Assembly (NCBI GenBank): GCA_934095865.1
Contig: CAKOKU010000003.1
Location: 38,593 to 102,592 of the forward strand
DNA length: 64,000 nt
Reading direction: 5' to 3'
Origin: an uncultured Bacilli bacterium
Lineage (GTDB): Bacteria; Bacillota_I; Bacilli_A; RF39; UBA660
Part shown: positions 18,176 through 27,557 of the stretch, in pieces
Layout: each line of letters begins with the position of its first letter
Numbering within the stretch: the first letter of the stretch is position 1
The notes under the pieces: model-generated
Databases searched by the model: none
What the model saw: the letters and a program-made list of their open reading frames with translations, nothing else
What the model was told of the DNA's origin: nothing
Program-made: the position numbers and the translations under genes

Positions 18176-18516
18176 CAGATGAAAAAATAGTTAATAAGTT
18201 AATAGAAATCGGATACGAGCCATTTCAATATGATGCGGATCCAGATGAATTAAAAGGCTATAACAAATATTGTGTTTATTATCCTCATAGCTTGAGAAAA
18301 CAAGATAAACACATATTTCATCAAATAATAGAGTTTGTTTTTGTTAATGAAACAGAAGATTTTGACGAAGTAGCAATAATCGACGCATTGGAAGAAACGG
18401 GTCTTTTCTTTGACGATGGTGATTATGGAAGATTAAAAAAAGTTGCAGGTGGCGATATAGTTAATTCATTAAATTTAAGGTTTGCACGTCCTAAAAAAAG
18501 AAAGTGTGTTTATTAG
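18172..18516 (+). CDS. neck/tail-completion-position hypothetical protein
   Basis: 114-aa ORF, ATGA overlap, within the connector block. Confidence 0.4.
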   Translation: MTDEKIVNKLIEIGYEPFQYDADPDELKGYNKYCVYYPHSLRKQDKHIFHQIIEFVFVNETEDFDEVAIIDALEETGLFFDDGDYGRLKKVAGGDIVNSLNLRFARPKKRKCVY

Positions 18517-18519
18517 TTA

Positions 18520-18960
18520 ATGGAAACAATATTCAAATTAAAGGATGATGATCTTCAAAAATTAGTTGATTCTATCATGAAGATTCCAGATCTTGCAGAG
18601 AGCATCATGAATGATTATTTACATAATCAAGGTGCTAATATTGTCATTGACAAAATAACAGAAAGGATGCCAGTAGGTGTCAACAATAACAAAAAATATA
18701 AAGGCTATCCTCGAACTCATGCAAAGTATTCGTTAAGTTTAACTTTTACTAAAATGAATTTAGGATTCGCAATTAAAACATCACGATCACCATTTTTCGG
18801 GTATTTATATTTCCCAGCTTTTGGTGAAGGTACATCGAAACACAATGCACCTAACTTATTTTTTGAAGAAGGAGCAGAAAGTGCAAGAGAGCCAATCGTT
18901 GATGAATTAGCAAAATTGCTTGAAGGAAAAATTAAGGAGGGATTAAGCAATGGCAAGTAA
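18520..18960 (+). CDS. HK97 gp10-like tail-component protein
   Basis: 146 aa; 'ERMPVGVNN...' and position just before the major tail gene. Confidence 0.5.
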   Translation: METIFKLKDDDLQKLVDSIMKIPDLAESIMNDYLHNQGANIVIDKITERMPVGVNNNKKYKGYPRTHAKYSLSLTFTKMNLGFAIKTSRSPFFGYLYFPAFGEGTSKHNAPNLFFEEGAESAREPIVDELAKLLEGKIKEGLSNGK

Positions 18961-19546
18961 TACATTACAAGTTTTTGATGAATGTAAAATCACAGAAACA
19001 CATGTTAAATCATACGATCGTAAAACCGGTGCTTTAGCAACAGAAAAGGCTACAAAATTAGGATGCACAGGTAAACTAGAAATTTCATCAGAATATAAAA
19101 CAATAGTTAAAAATTGTGAAGGAGTAGAACAAAAAAGTGTTAAGAAAATTACTAAATTAACAGGTACTATTTCAGTTCACATGCCTTTAGCAATTGCCAG
19201 AACTGTATTTGGCTTAAACAATGAAGGATTAAAACCAGGTGTTTATGGTATTTCTGATACAACTAATACACCAGATATGTGCTTAACTACTAAAGCAATT
19301 GATTTATTTACTGATGAAGAAAAGTATATTTGTTTACCAAAAATTGCATTCACAACTGGTTTTGCAAAAACTATTGATAATACATCAGAGGAAGTTGCAG
19401 AGGTTGAATTAGAATTCAATGCTTATAAAGATGAAAATAACGAATTCTACTATGAAGCATGTGCTAGTGAAGTTGATAAGACATCAATTGGTGATAAATG
19501 GTTAGAAGAATTTACACCATCAATGGTTAAAGCTCCAACTGCGTAG
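18950..19546 (+). CDS. major tail protein
   Basis: 198 aa, followed by a strong terminator and then the G/GT chaperone and tape measure. Confidence 0.65.
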   Translation: MASNTLQVFDECKITETHVKSYDRKTGALATEKATKLGCTGKLEISSEYKTIVKNCEGVEQKSVKKITKLTGTISVHMPLAIARTVFGLNNEGLKPGVYGISDTTNTPDMCLTTKAIDLFTDEEKYICLPKIAFTTGFAKTIDNTSEEVAEVELEFNAYKDENNEFYYEACASEVDKTSIGDKWLEEFTPSMVKAPTA

Positions 19547-19552
19547 TAAGTA

Positions 19553-19584
19553 GAGCCCTACATTATGTAGGGCTTATTTTTTTT
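19553..19584 (+). terminator. rho-independent terminator/attenuator after major tail gene
   Basis: GCCCTACA-TTA-TGTAGGGC, an 8-9 bp GC-containing stem followed by T8. Confidence 0.8.
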
Positions 19585-19601
19585 AAAAGGAGGTATTTCA
19601 G

Positions 19602-20039
19602 ATGCAAGAAAACATTACTAATACAGAATCGGTTGTTAATGAAACACCAATTCAAAACGTAGAAACAAATGTTGAAAATAAAGAAATATCAAAAGAAGAA
19701 ATTACGGAAACACCAAAAGTTGAAACAGAAAAATTACCTAAAAGGGCTATTAGATTAGAAGATGGCACTATAATCAATAATCTAAAAATCACTTATAAGA
19801 ATTTATTTGATTTTCAAAATCATTATGAAAATTCAAAGGATTTAATGGAAGCATTAGTTAAGAAGCAAACCTTTGAGCATGAGGTTATGGTCCAACTAAT
19901 TTATGTTGGTTATTTAGGGACTAATCCAACTAATAAAATGTCGTATTTTGATTTTATAGATGCAATTCCTTTTGATTACAAAAGAGATATGACATTATTT
20001 AAAGAATTAACAGGATTAAATGCTGATTCAAAAAACTAA
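19602..20039 (+). CDS. tail assembly chaperone (gpG-like)
   Basis: 145 aa directly upstream of the tape measure; ends in the slippery A_AAA_AAC. Confidence 0.75.
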   Translation: MQENITNTESVVNETPIQNVETNVENKEISKEEITETPKVETEKLPKRAIRLEDGTIINNLKITYKNLFDFQNHYENSKDLMEALVKKQTFEHEVMVQLIYVGYLGTNPTNKMSYFDFIDAIPFDYKRDMTLFKELTGLNADSKN

Positions 20040-20260
20040 AATTCCAAAAGTCTTTAAGAAAGGTAACCGCTAATAAGAAAGATAAATATCTTACAGCGAC
20101 ATTAGATATATGTACGATTGCAGATATTTATACACTTTATGTGCTCAATGCGAAAATACCTAGTGAGGACTTTTGGAATCAAGATATTAACTTTTTAGAA
20201 TCTGTATATTTTAACAAAATGACATTTAATAAGTGGGAAAACAATCCGAAAGAGAGGTGA
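20030..20260 (+). CDS. -1 frameshift extension giving gpGT-like chaperone (19602..20036 joined to 20036..20260)
   Basis: In-phase heptamer A AAA AAC at 20030-20036. The -1 frame is open for 76 codons and stops (TGA 20258-20260) just before the tape-measure GTG at 20265. Confidence 0.75.
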   Translation, partial: KKLKFQKSLRKVTANKKDKYLTATLDICTIADIYTLYVLNAKIPSEDFWNQDINFLESVYFNKMTFNKWENNPKER

Positions 20261-20264
20261 TTTT

Positions 20265-23078
20265 GTGGCGAGTAAAAAAACCGGAGTAGAATTGGAATTT
20301 AGTATTCTCGATGATGGTTTTACTAAATCTATTAGAGAAATGAATACCGCATTATCATCAATGAAAAAGGAACTTAATCTTGAGAACGAGGTTTTAAAAA
20401 ATTCTGGTTCAACTGTTAATGACTATAAAAATAAATTACAGACATTAAAAGAACAAGAAGAATTATCAAGACAAAAGGTTGAAGAAACTAGAGTAGCATA
20501 CGAAAAAGTTAAAAATATAATGGGTGAAAATTCAGCAGAGGCAGCAAAGTATAAAAATAAACTTACTGATGCGGAATTGGAACATCAAAAGATAACAAAT
20601 GCTATTGATAAAACAGAAAAAGCCTTAGTAGAACAGGAAGAAGCCTTAAAAGATAATGAAAGGAAAAGTCGAGAATTAAACTCTGCATACGGGACATTAA
20701 CAACAACTATAAGCGACCAAAAAAGTCGTTTAGAAAGTTTAAAAAGGCAATATATTAGTACCGTTTTGGAACAGGGAAAAGGCTCTACTCAAGCAAAAAA
20801 TCTAAAAAGTGAAATTAAAAATTTATCAGCAGAAATAAATAATAACGAATCGAAACTTAATTCCGCAACTAAAGAGGTTGAGAAATTTGGAGAAGCCGAA
20901 GAAGATGCGGGAAAAAAATCAATAACCTTTAAAGATCTAATTAAAGCCAATCTATTAAGTGACTTTATTAAATCGGGATTAAAGGAAATTGTTAATCTTG
21001 CAAAATCTATTGGAAGTACGTTTGTAAATATAGGAAAGCAAGCTCTTACAAGTTATGCTGATTATGAGCAACTAATCGGTGGAGTCGAAACTTTGCTTGG
21101 TGCTAAAGGTGCAAAGTCAATTGAAGAATACGCCGAATTAGTAGGTAAATCAGTCGATGATGTAAGAGGGGAATATGCTAAACTAGAACAATCTCAAAAA
21201 TTAGTTGTAGAAAATGCAAATAATGCATATAAAACATCTGGATTAAATGCAAATCAATATATGGAAACAATCACAGGTTTTAGTGCAAGTTTGCTTCAAT
21301 CATTAGGTGGCGATACCATTGAAGCCGCAAAAGTTGGTGATATGGCAGTTACTGATATGAGCGACAATGCTAGTAAAATGGGTACATCAATAGAAAATAT
21401 CCAAAATGCTTACCAGGGATTTGCTAAACAAAATTATACTATGTTAGATAACTTGAAATTAGGGTATGGTGGAACTAAAACCGAAATGGAGCGTTTGCTT
21501 TCTGATGCCGAGAAACTAACTGGTGTTAAATATGATATTAATAATTTAAGCGATGTATATAATGCTATTCATGTTATACAGGGAGAATTAGGAATAACAG
21601 GAACAACGGCAAAGGAAGCAATGTTTACTATTTCAGGATCTGCATCAGCAACAAAATCAGCATGGAGTAATTTAATTACTGGAATTGCAGATGATAATGC
21701 CGATTTCGATCAATTAGTAAATAATTTAATTGATTCATTAATTGGAACAGTAGATGAATCTGGTGAGAGAGTTGGAGGACTATTGAATAATATTCTTCCA
21801 AGAGTAAGCACTATAATTACAGGTATTAGTGATTTAGTTTTATCTTTTATTAATACCGTATTACCAGAATTGTTGGCTCAAATAGGTCCAATAATCATTC
21901 AATTAATCCCACAATTGATGACAACTATAAATACTATAATTTCATCTATTATTACTTATATTTCTACTAATGCCACAAGTATATCAAATACAATTGTTAC
22001 TATCGTCACTCAATTAATTACAATAATTGCGAATAATCTTCCAGGGTTTATTACGGCGATAATTCAAATAATCACTGGTCTAGCACAATGTCTTGGGGAG
22101 CAATTACCTACATTAATTCCTATTATTATCCAGGGACTTATAGATGCAGTAATGGCTTTACTTGATAACATTGATCTTATAATAGATGCAGGAATACAAC
22201 TAATTATTGGTTTAGCAGATGGGCTTATCCAGGCTCTTCCAATTTTAATAGAGAAAATTCCTATAATAATTGATAAGCTAATAAATGCAATAGTCAATAA
22301 TTTACCTAAAATTATTGAAATAGGAATTGTACTTATTATAAAATTAGCAGCAGGATTAATACAGGCGATTCCACAATTGCTTGCAGCAATTCCTAAAATA
22401 ATAGGATCATTGATAGATGGTGTTAAAAAATGGTATAGTAATATATTTAATTTAGGAAAAGAATTATTAGGCAAATTAATAAGTGGAATAGGTGGTATGC
22501 TTGGATCATTAGCAAATAAAGCGAAAGAAATAGGTAGTACTGTAATAAATGGTATTAAAAATGTTCCAGGTCAAATGCTAAATTGGGGTAAAGATATGAT
22601 TAGTGGTCTTGCAAATGGAATTAAATCTATGGCTAATAAAGTTAAAGATGCAGTTAGTGGTATTGCAAATAAAATCAAAAGTTTCTTGCACTTTTCAAGA
22701 CCAGATGAAGGTCCATTGAGAGAATATGAAAGTTGGATGCCAGATATGATCAGCGGATTAACATCTTCATTAAAAAAGGCTAGTCCAGATTTAATTGAAG
22801 AAACAAAGCAAATTGCAAGTTCATTAAATGATGCTATTCATTCGGGTGTATCTACTGATTTGAAATTTGATACAAGCATGTATAATGCTTATTCTAATGA
22901 ATCAAATAGACCAACTAATAATATTACTGATACCTCATCATACGATCCAGGACAAGTTGCACCAATTTATCTAAATATCGAAAACTTTAATAATAACAGA
23001 GAACAAGATATTGAAGATTTATCAGAAGAATTAGAATTTTATAGAATGAAAATCAACTATGGAAAGGGGAATGCTTAA
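20265..23078 (+). CDS. tail tape measure protein
   Basis: 937 aa; coiled-coil N-terminus, long Ile/Leu-rich central repeats; position after G/GT. Confidence 0.9.
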   Translation: MASKKTGVELEFSILDDGFTKSIREMNTALSSMKKELNLENEVLKNSGSTVNDYKNKLQTLKEQEELSRQKVEETRVAYEKVKNIMGENSAEAAKYKNKLTDAELEHQKITNAIDKTEKALVEQEEALKDNERKSRELNSAYGTLTTTISDQKSRLESLKRQYISTVLEQGKGSTQAKNLKSEIKNLSAEINNNESKLNSATKEVEKFGEAEEDAGKKSITFKDLIKANLLSDFIKSGLKEIVNLAKSIGSTFVNIGKQALTSYADYEQLIGGVETLLGAKGAKSIEEYAELVGKSVDDVRGEYAKLEQSQKLVVENANNAYKTSGLNANQYMETITGFSASLLQSLGGDTIEAAKVGDMAVTDMSDNASKMGTSIENIQNAYQGFAKQNYTMLDNLKLGYGGTKTEMERLLSDAEKLTGVKYDINNLSDVYNAIHVIQGELGITGTTAKEAMFTISGSASATKSAWSNLITGIADDNADFDQLVNNLIDSLIGTVDESGERVGGLLNNILPRVSTIITGISDLVLSFINTVLPELLAQIGPIIIQLIPQLMTTINTIISSIITYISTNATSISNTIVTIVTQLITIIANNLPGFITAIIQIITGLAQCLGEQLPTLIPIIIQGLIDAVMALLDNIDLIIDAGIQLIIGLADGLIQALPILIEKIPIIIDKLINAIVNNLPKIIEIGIVLIIKLAAGLIQAIPQLLAAIPKIIGSLIDGVKKWYSNIFNLGKELLGKLISGIGGMLGSLANKAKEIGSTVINGIKNVPGQMLNWGKDMISGLANGIKSMANKVKDAVSGIANKIKSFLHFSRPDEGPLREYESWMPDMISGLTSSLKKASPDLIEETKQIASSLNDAIHSGVSTDLKFDTSMYNAYSNESNRPTNNITDTSSYDPGQVAPIYLNIENFNNNREQDIEDLSEELEFYRMKINYGKGNA

Positions 23079-23767
23079 TGAATTATTTTATATTTATCAA
23101 GAATGGTAAGATGTACGATTCAAGGGACTATGGAATAGGTTGCGGTGGCTTCCCCGATATAGTTATTCCAAGAAAAAGAATAACAATTGAGTCATTACCT
23201 GGAAGGAGTGGATCCTTAACAAGTACAGACGATTGTTATGATAGTTATACAAAAGCCATTGAATGTTACATGGAGGACGATGTATATAAAGATTTATCCT
23301 GGTTAAGTGGTAGTGGCAAGTTAGTATTATCAAATGAGTTAGAACGTGAATATGATGTGACTTTGAAAAATAATATTGAATTATCACAAATTGCTACATA
23401 TTGGCGAAACTTTATTTTAAATTTTGAAGTTCAGCCATTTAAAAAGAGTAGAGATAAAAAGACTCTAATCTATCGAGATAAAGAATTTATGTTTAGAATC
23501 GGTGGCAATGCGAGAGCATTACCAATTATCTATTTAACAGGTACTGGTGATATTGATTTAACTATTAATGGAAAAACATTTAAAATAAAAAATTTAAAAA
23601 CTACTATTATGATTGATTCCGAGTTACAAGTTGTGATGGAGGGTGAGGAAAATGCTCTTCCTAAAACAAATGGCGACTTTCCAGAATTAATTCCAGGTCT
23701 TAATAAATTTCAAATTACAGGTAATTTATTAAATATTAAGATCAAATATCAGGAAACTTATTTATGA
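23078..23767 (+). CDS. distal tail protein (Dit, Sipho_tail family)
   Basis: 229 aa immediately after the tape measure (ATGA-type overlap). Confidence 0.7.
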   Translation: MNYFIFIKNGKMYDSRDYGIGCGGFPDIVIPRKRITIESLPGRSGSLTSTDDCYDSYTKAIECYMEDDVYKDLSWLSGSGKLVLSNELEREYDVTLKNNIELSQIATYWRNFILNFEVQPFKKSRDKKTLIYRDKEFMFRIGGNARALPIIYLTGTGDIDLTINGKTFKIKNLKTTIMIDSELQVVMEGEENALPKTNGDFPELIPGLNKFQITGNLLNIKIKYQETYL

Positions 23768-25575
23768 TAAGAATTTATAAAAATGATTGTGATGATTTTA
23801 ATAATAATGGTCTTGGTATTCTATCAGACTTTAAAACATCACCTAAGATTAAAGAATCATTAAATGGTAGTTTTGAATTATCTTTTGATTATGCCTTAAA
23901 AGGGCAAAATGCTGAATATCTTGTTGTAGATAACGTTATCAAGGCACCATACGATAGCAGTTATCAGTTATTTAGAATCAAAAAAGTAAAACCTACTTTA
24001 ACAAAGATAAATGTATATGCGGTGCATATATTTTATGATTTATCAGAAAACTTTTTAATGGACGTTGCACCAACTAAAAAGACAGGAGTTAATGCTATTG
24101 CTTGGCTTTTAGAAAATGCAATGTTTCCGACAAAGTTTAGTGTAACTGGTGATTTAATTCCAGATAATTCGGCAAGATATGTTCGTAAGAATATTGTCGA
24201 TGCTATTTTAGGAGCCGATAACTGTGTTGTTAAAAGATGGGGTGGCGAAATTGAAAGAGATAATTTTAGAATTATCTATCATAAACAAAGAGGCGAAGAT
24301 AAAGGTGTTTATATCAAACATGGTAAAAATATCAAAGATATTGAAATATCAATTGATTTCACCTCTGTTATAACTCGTGTAGTCCCACAGGGTGCTAACG
24401 AGTTATTATTACCAGAATATTATGTCGATTCACCATTGATTAAAACTTATAGAAATCCAATTGTTGCTAAATATGAATTTGGCGATATTAAGGTGGATGA
24501 AGATACGACAGAAGAACAGGCTTATCAAAAATTAAGAGATGCAGCCAATGAATTATTTACTAAACAGGGAATAGATAAGCCATCAATTAGTGTTAGAGTC
24601 AATTGGCTAGAACTATCTAAAACAGAAGAATATAGGTATAAATATAGTAATTTTGAGTCTGTAAGACTTGGTGATACTGTTACAGTACAAGCATTAGGAT
24701 ATGAATATAAAATTCGTGTTATTACAGTTGAATATGATTGCTTATTAAATAGATATACATCTTTTGAAATTGGTGATCCTAAAGCCGATTATGTATCTAA
24801 TCAAACTCAAAGTATTACTTATGAGATTCAAAAGAGCACGTCTAGTTTATTAGATCAAGCAAGACAAGCAGCAACGGCTTTGATTAATAACGGATTTGGA
24901 GGACATGTTAGAATCTATCCAGATAGAATTTTAATAATGGATACCGAAGACGAATCAACAGCACGTAATGTTTGGCAATGGAACTTAAATGGATTTGCTC
25001 ACTCTAAAACGGGAATTAACGGCGATTATGGGACCGCAATAACTATTGATGGTCAAATAGTAGCCGATAAAATCACATCAGGAACAATGGATGTTCAAAG
25101 AATCAATGGACTAGCAACAGAACTTGGAAGAATCAATGCTTCAATAGAATTAAATGAGAATAATATTCAAGCATGTGTTAAGGCATCTGATTTCAATCAT
25201 GATAAGCAGATATTAAATGAAAATATGGAATTATTAAAGCAACAACAATTAGATCTAGTTGCAACAAGTGAATCATTATCAATCAATATTAGATCATTGG
25301 TTGAAAATGGTATGAATCGATTAAAGAATACTATGTTTGAAATTACAGATGAAGGTATGAGAATTGCAAATGATCAAGACGAATTCAATGCTTTATATAA
25401 TAACAAAGGATCTTATTTATATTCTTATGACAAGTTAGTTGCTAAATATGATAAAGACGGAGGCGAGAGTCCCGTTTTTGCAGTTACAGAAGAATTTAAT
25501 ATGTTAGGTATTAAATTTGAAAAAGAAATCGAAAATATCGAACAAGTTATTATGGGACATTGGCAAGGATGGTGA
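23764..25575 (+). CDS. tail-associated/prophage-tail endopeptidase-family protein (Tal)
   Basis: N-terminus 'MIRIYKND...FNNNGLGILSD...ESLNGSFELSFDYALKG' is typical of Siphoviridae Tal N-domains. Confidence 0.75.
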   Translation: MIRIYKNDCDDFNNNGLGILSDFKTSPKIKESLNGSFELSFDYALKGQNAEYLVVDNVIKAPYDSSYQLFRIKKVKPTLTKINVYAVHIFYDLSENFLMDVAPTKKTGVNAIAWLLENAMFPTKFSVTGDLIPDNSARYVRKNIVDAILGADNCVVKRWGGEIERDNFRIIYHKQRGEDKGVYIKHGKNIKDIEISIDFTSVITRVVPQGANELLLPEYYVDSPLIKTYRNPIVAKYEFGDIKVDEDTTEEQAYQKLRDAANELFTKQGIDKPSISVRVNWLELSKTEEYRYKYSNFESVRLGDTVTVQALGYEYKIRVITVEYDCLLNRYTSFEIGDPKADYVSNQTQSITYEIQKSTSSLLDQARQAATALINNGFGGHVRIYPDRILIMDTEDESTARNVWQWNLNGFAHSKTGINGDYGTAITIDGQIVADKITSGTMDVQRINGLATELGRINASIELNENNIQACVKASDFNHDKQILNENMELLKQQQLDLVATSESLSINIRSLVENGMNRLKNTMFEITDEGMRIANDQDEFNALYNNKGSYLYSYDKLVAKYDKDGGESPVFAVTEEFNMLGIKFEKEIENIEQVIMGHWQGW

Positions 25576-25581
25576 TAGATA

Positions 25582-27207
25582 GTGAATGGTGGGACAGCAG
25601 TATTAGTCAAAAGCGGTAGATCTAACTATGGTAGTGGATTTAACATTAACTTATATGTTTATCATAAACAAGTCTATCAAGATATAGCCAATAACTACAC
25701 TAGAGTCGGTTTAGGAATGTATGTTCAAACACCAGGAACAAATTATACGATTGCATGGACTGATTTTGGTTCTTATATTGGAATTAGTGGTGTCGGAACA
25801 AATAATTTTTCAGCAGGAGTTAACTACCAAGGTGGAACTATTTGGCTTATTACCAATCAGGAATTTAATGTTTATCACAATTCAGATGGTACAAGATGGA
25901 TAGATATTATATGGTCTTGGGGAGTTAATTCATCTTGGGGACAATTCGTTAAACCTAGTGGTAGTTTTGGAACAGGATTAAATAGAATACCAAGAACATC
26001 ATCAGTATCATGTACTGATTTTAATATCGGTAGTGCAGCAACAATAAATATTAATAGAAATTCAAGTTCATTTACTCATACACTTACTTATTCGTTTGGT
26101 AATCAATCAGGAACGATTGCTAATAAAACGGGAGCCACGAGTGTTGGATGGCAAACACCAACATCTTTATTCTCACAAATACCAAATACAACAAGTGGAT
26201 GGGGAACAATAACATGCTATACATATTCAGGTGATACTTTAATAGGTACATCAACTTGTAGATTTAATGCTTATGTTGTTAATAGTAATCCTAGTGTATC
26301 AGTATCAATAGTTGATGCAAATGCAAAAACGAAGAATTTAACAGGTAATGAAAATAAACTTGTTAAATATTATAGTAATGCAAAAATTACTATAAATGCG
26401 ACCGCATTAAACTCATCATCTATCAAAAGTTATTCTATAAAATGTGATGATGGTAAAAATTCTACATCATCATCAGCAACGTTTAATAAAGTTGAAAGTG
26501 GTAAGTTTACAATTGTGGTAACAGATAGTAGAGGACTATCCACGACTCTAAACGTTTCTAAAACATTGATAGACTACATTAAGTTAGCCTTTACAGACGT
26601 AAAAGTTAAGAGAGAGTCATCTACATCGTCAAAAGTATATTTAACTTATACAGGGCAGTATTTTAGTAAATCATTTGGTGAATTATTAAATACATTATTA
26701 GTTCGTTATAGAACTAGAATAAAAGATGGAACTTGGAGTGCATATAAAGAATTAAATCCAACAATTAATGATAAAACTTTTTCACAATCCAATTTCTTAA
26801 TTGGCAGTGATTTTTCATATCATAATAATTATGAATTTGAAATTGTCGCATCTGATAAATTAATAAGTGATAGTGAAACACTTATTAAAAGAGATATTAA
26901 AATGGGTGAGGGATTATTTGAAATAAGAAAAGAATTATTTGGTATTCATGGAACATTTGAATCCGATTCTAAACCGTTAACTCAAAAGGATCTAAATAGT
27001 TGTATTTCAAGAACATATTTTGCAACATGTATAAAATGTCATAATACACCAAATAATAGCGAATTTGGTTATTTACTTAATATATCGAGAAATGGAACAG
27101 ATGAAAGAGAATTGTATAACAAACAATTCTTTTTTGATGGGACATCTAACGATATTTATGTAAGAACTATGAATAATAAGTCCTGGTTAAATTGGATAAA
27201 AGTATAG
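25582..27207 (+). CDS. baseplate/host-specificity structural protein (DUF859-like N-terminus)
   Basis: 541 aa, GTG start, Ser/Thr/Asn-rich beta-type sequence downstream of Tal. Confidence 0.55.
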   Translation: MNGGTAVLVKSGRSNYGSGFNINLYVYHKQVYQDIANNYTRVGLGMYVQTPGTNYTIAWTDFGSYIGISGVGTNNFSAGVNYQGGTIWLITNQEFNVYHNSDGTRWIDIIWSWGVNSSWGQFVKPSGSFGTGLNRIPRTSSVSCTDFNIGSAATININRNSSSFTHTLTYSFGNQSGTIANKTGATSVGWQTPTSLFSQIPNTTSGWGTITCYTYSGDTLIGTSTCRFNAYVVNSNPSVSVSIVDANAKTKNLTGNENKLVKYYSNAKITINATALNSSSIKSYSIKCDDGKNSTSSSATFNKVESGKFTIVVTDSRGLSTTLNVSKTLIDYIKLAFTDVKVKRESSTSSKVYLTYTGQYFSKSFGELLNTLLVRYRTRIKDGTWSAYKELNPTINDKTFSQSNFLIGSDFSYHNNYEFEIVASDKLISDSETLIKRDIKMGEGLFEIRKELFGIHGTFESDSKPLTQKDLNSCISRTYFATCIKCHNTPNNSEFGYLLNISRNGTDERELYNKQFFFDGTSNDIYVRTMNNKSWLNWIKV

Positions 27208-27218
27208 GAGGATAGAAA

Positions 27219-27557
27219 ATGCTTATAGAATTTCCTAGAGGCGATTATAAATCGTTATCGATAACTATTACCGGTTATGTAGGAAAAATTGAGGAGTTGT
27301 ATTTCACAGTAAAAGAAAATGCGAATTCAAGTAATGTTATCTTGCAAAAGAAAATTGGTGATGGGATCGAGTATTCAGAAGAAATCAAAAAGTATGTTTT
27401 AAAGTTCGAGCCTGGCGATACAGACAAATTAGAAATGAATAAAATATATGGTTTTGATTTTGAGGTTGTAGCAGAAAAGAAAAAACTAAAGAAAACATTT
27501 ACAGGGCAATTTCATTTAACAAATGAATATACCCATACGAAAGATGAGGTGGAGTAA
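27219..27557 (+). CDS. small tail-fibre-associated protein
   Basis: 112 aa, AGGAGGA RBS, stop adjoins the fibre gene start. Confidence 0.45.
   Translation: MLIEFPRGDYKSLSITITGYVGKIEELYFTVKENANSSNVILQKKIGDGIEYSEEIKKYVLKFEPGDTDKLEMNKIYGFDFEVVAEKKKLKKTFTGQFHLTNEYTHTKDEVE

Noticed and set aside
22064-22474. 136-aa minus-strand ORF inside the tape measure gene. The same reasoning applies to the other antisense or alternate-frame track ORFs at 1728-1913, 5130-5327, 6048-6446, 9104-9382, 10120-10382, 11180-11395, 11631-11828, 11889-12113, 18717-18965, 23163-23387, 25425-25610, 25721-25903, 27661-27867, 35942-36130, 37809-38165, 52268-52525, 53457-53657, 55822-56016, 56341-56664, 59648-59878 and 62567-62845.
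   Set aside because: All are fully nested in longer ORFs with clear homology or operon context, lack RBSs, and have shadow-frame composition.
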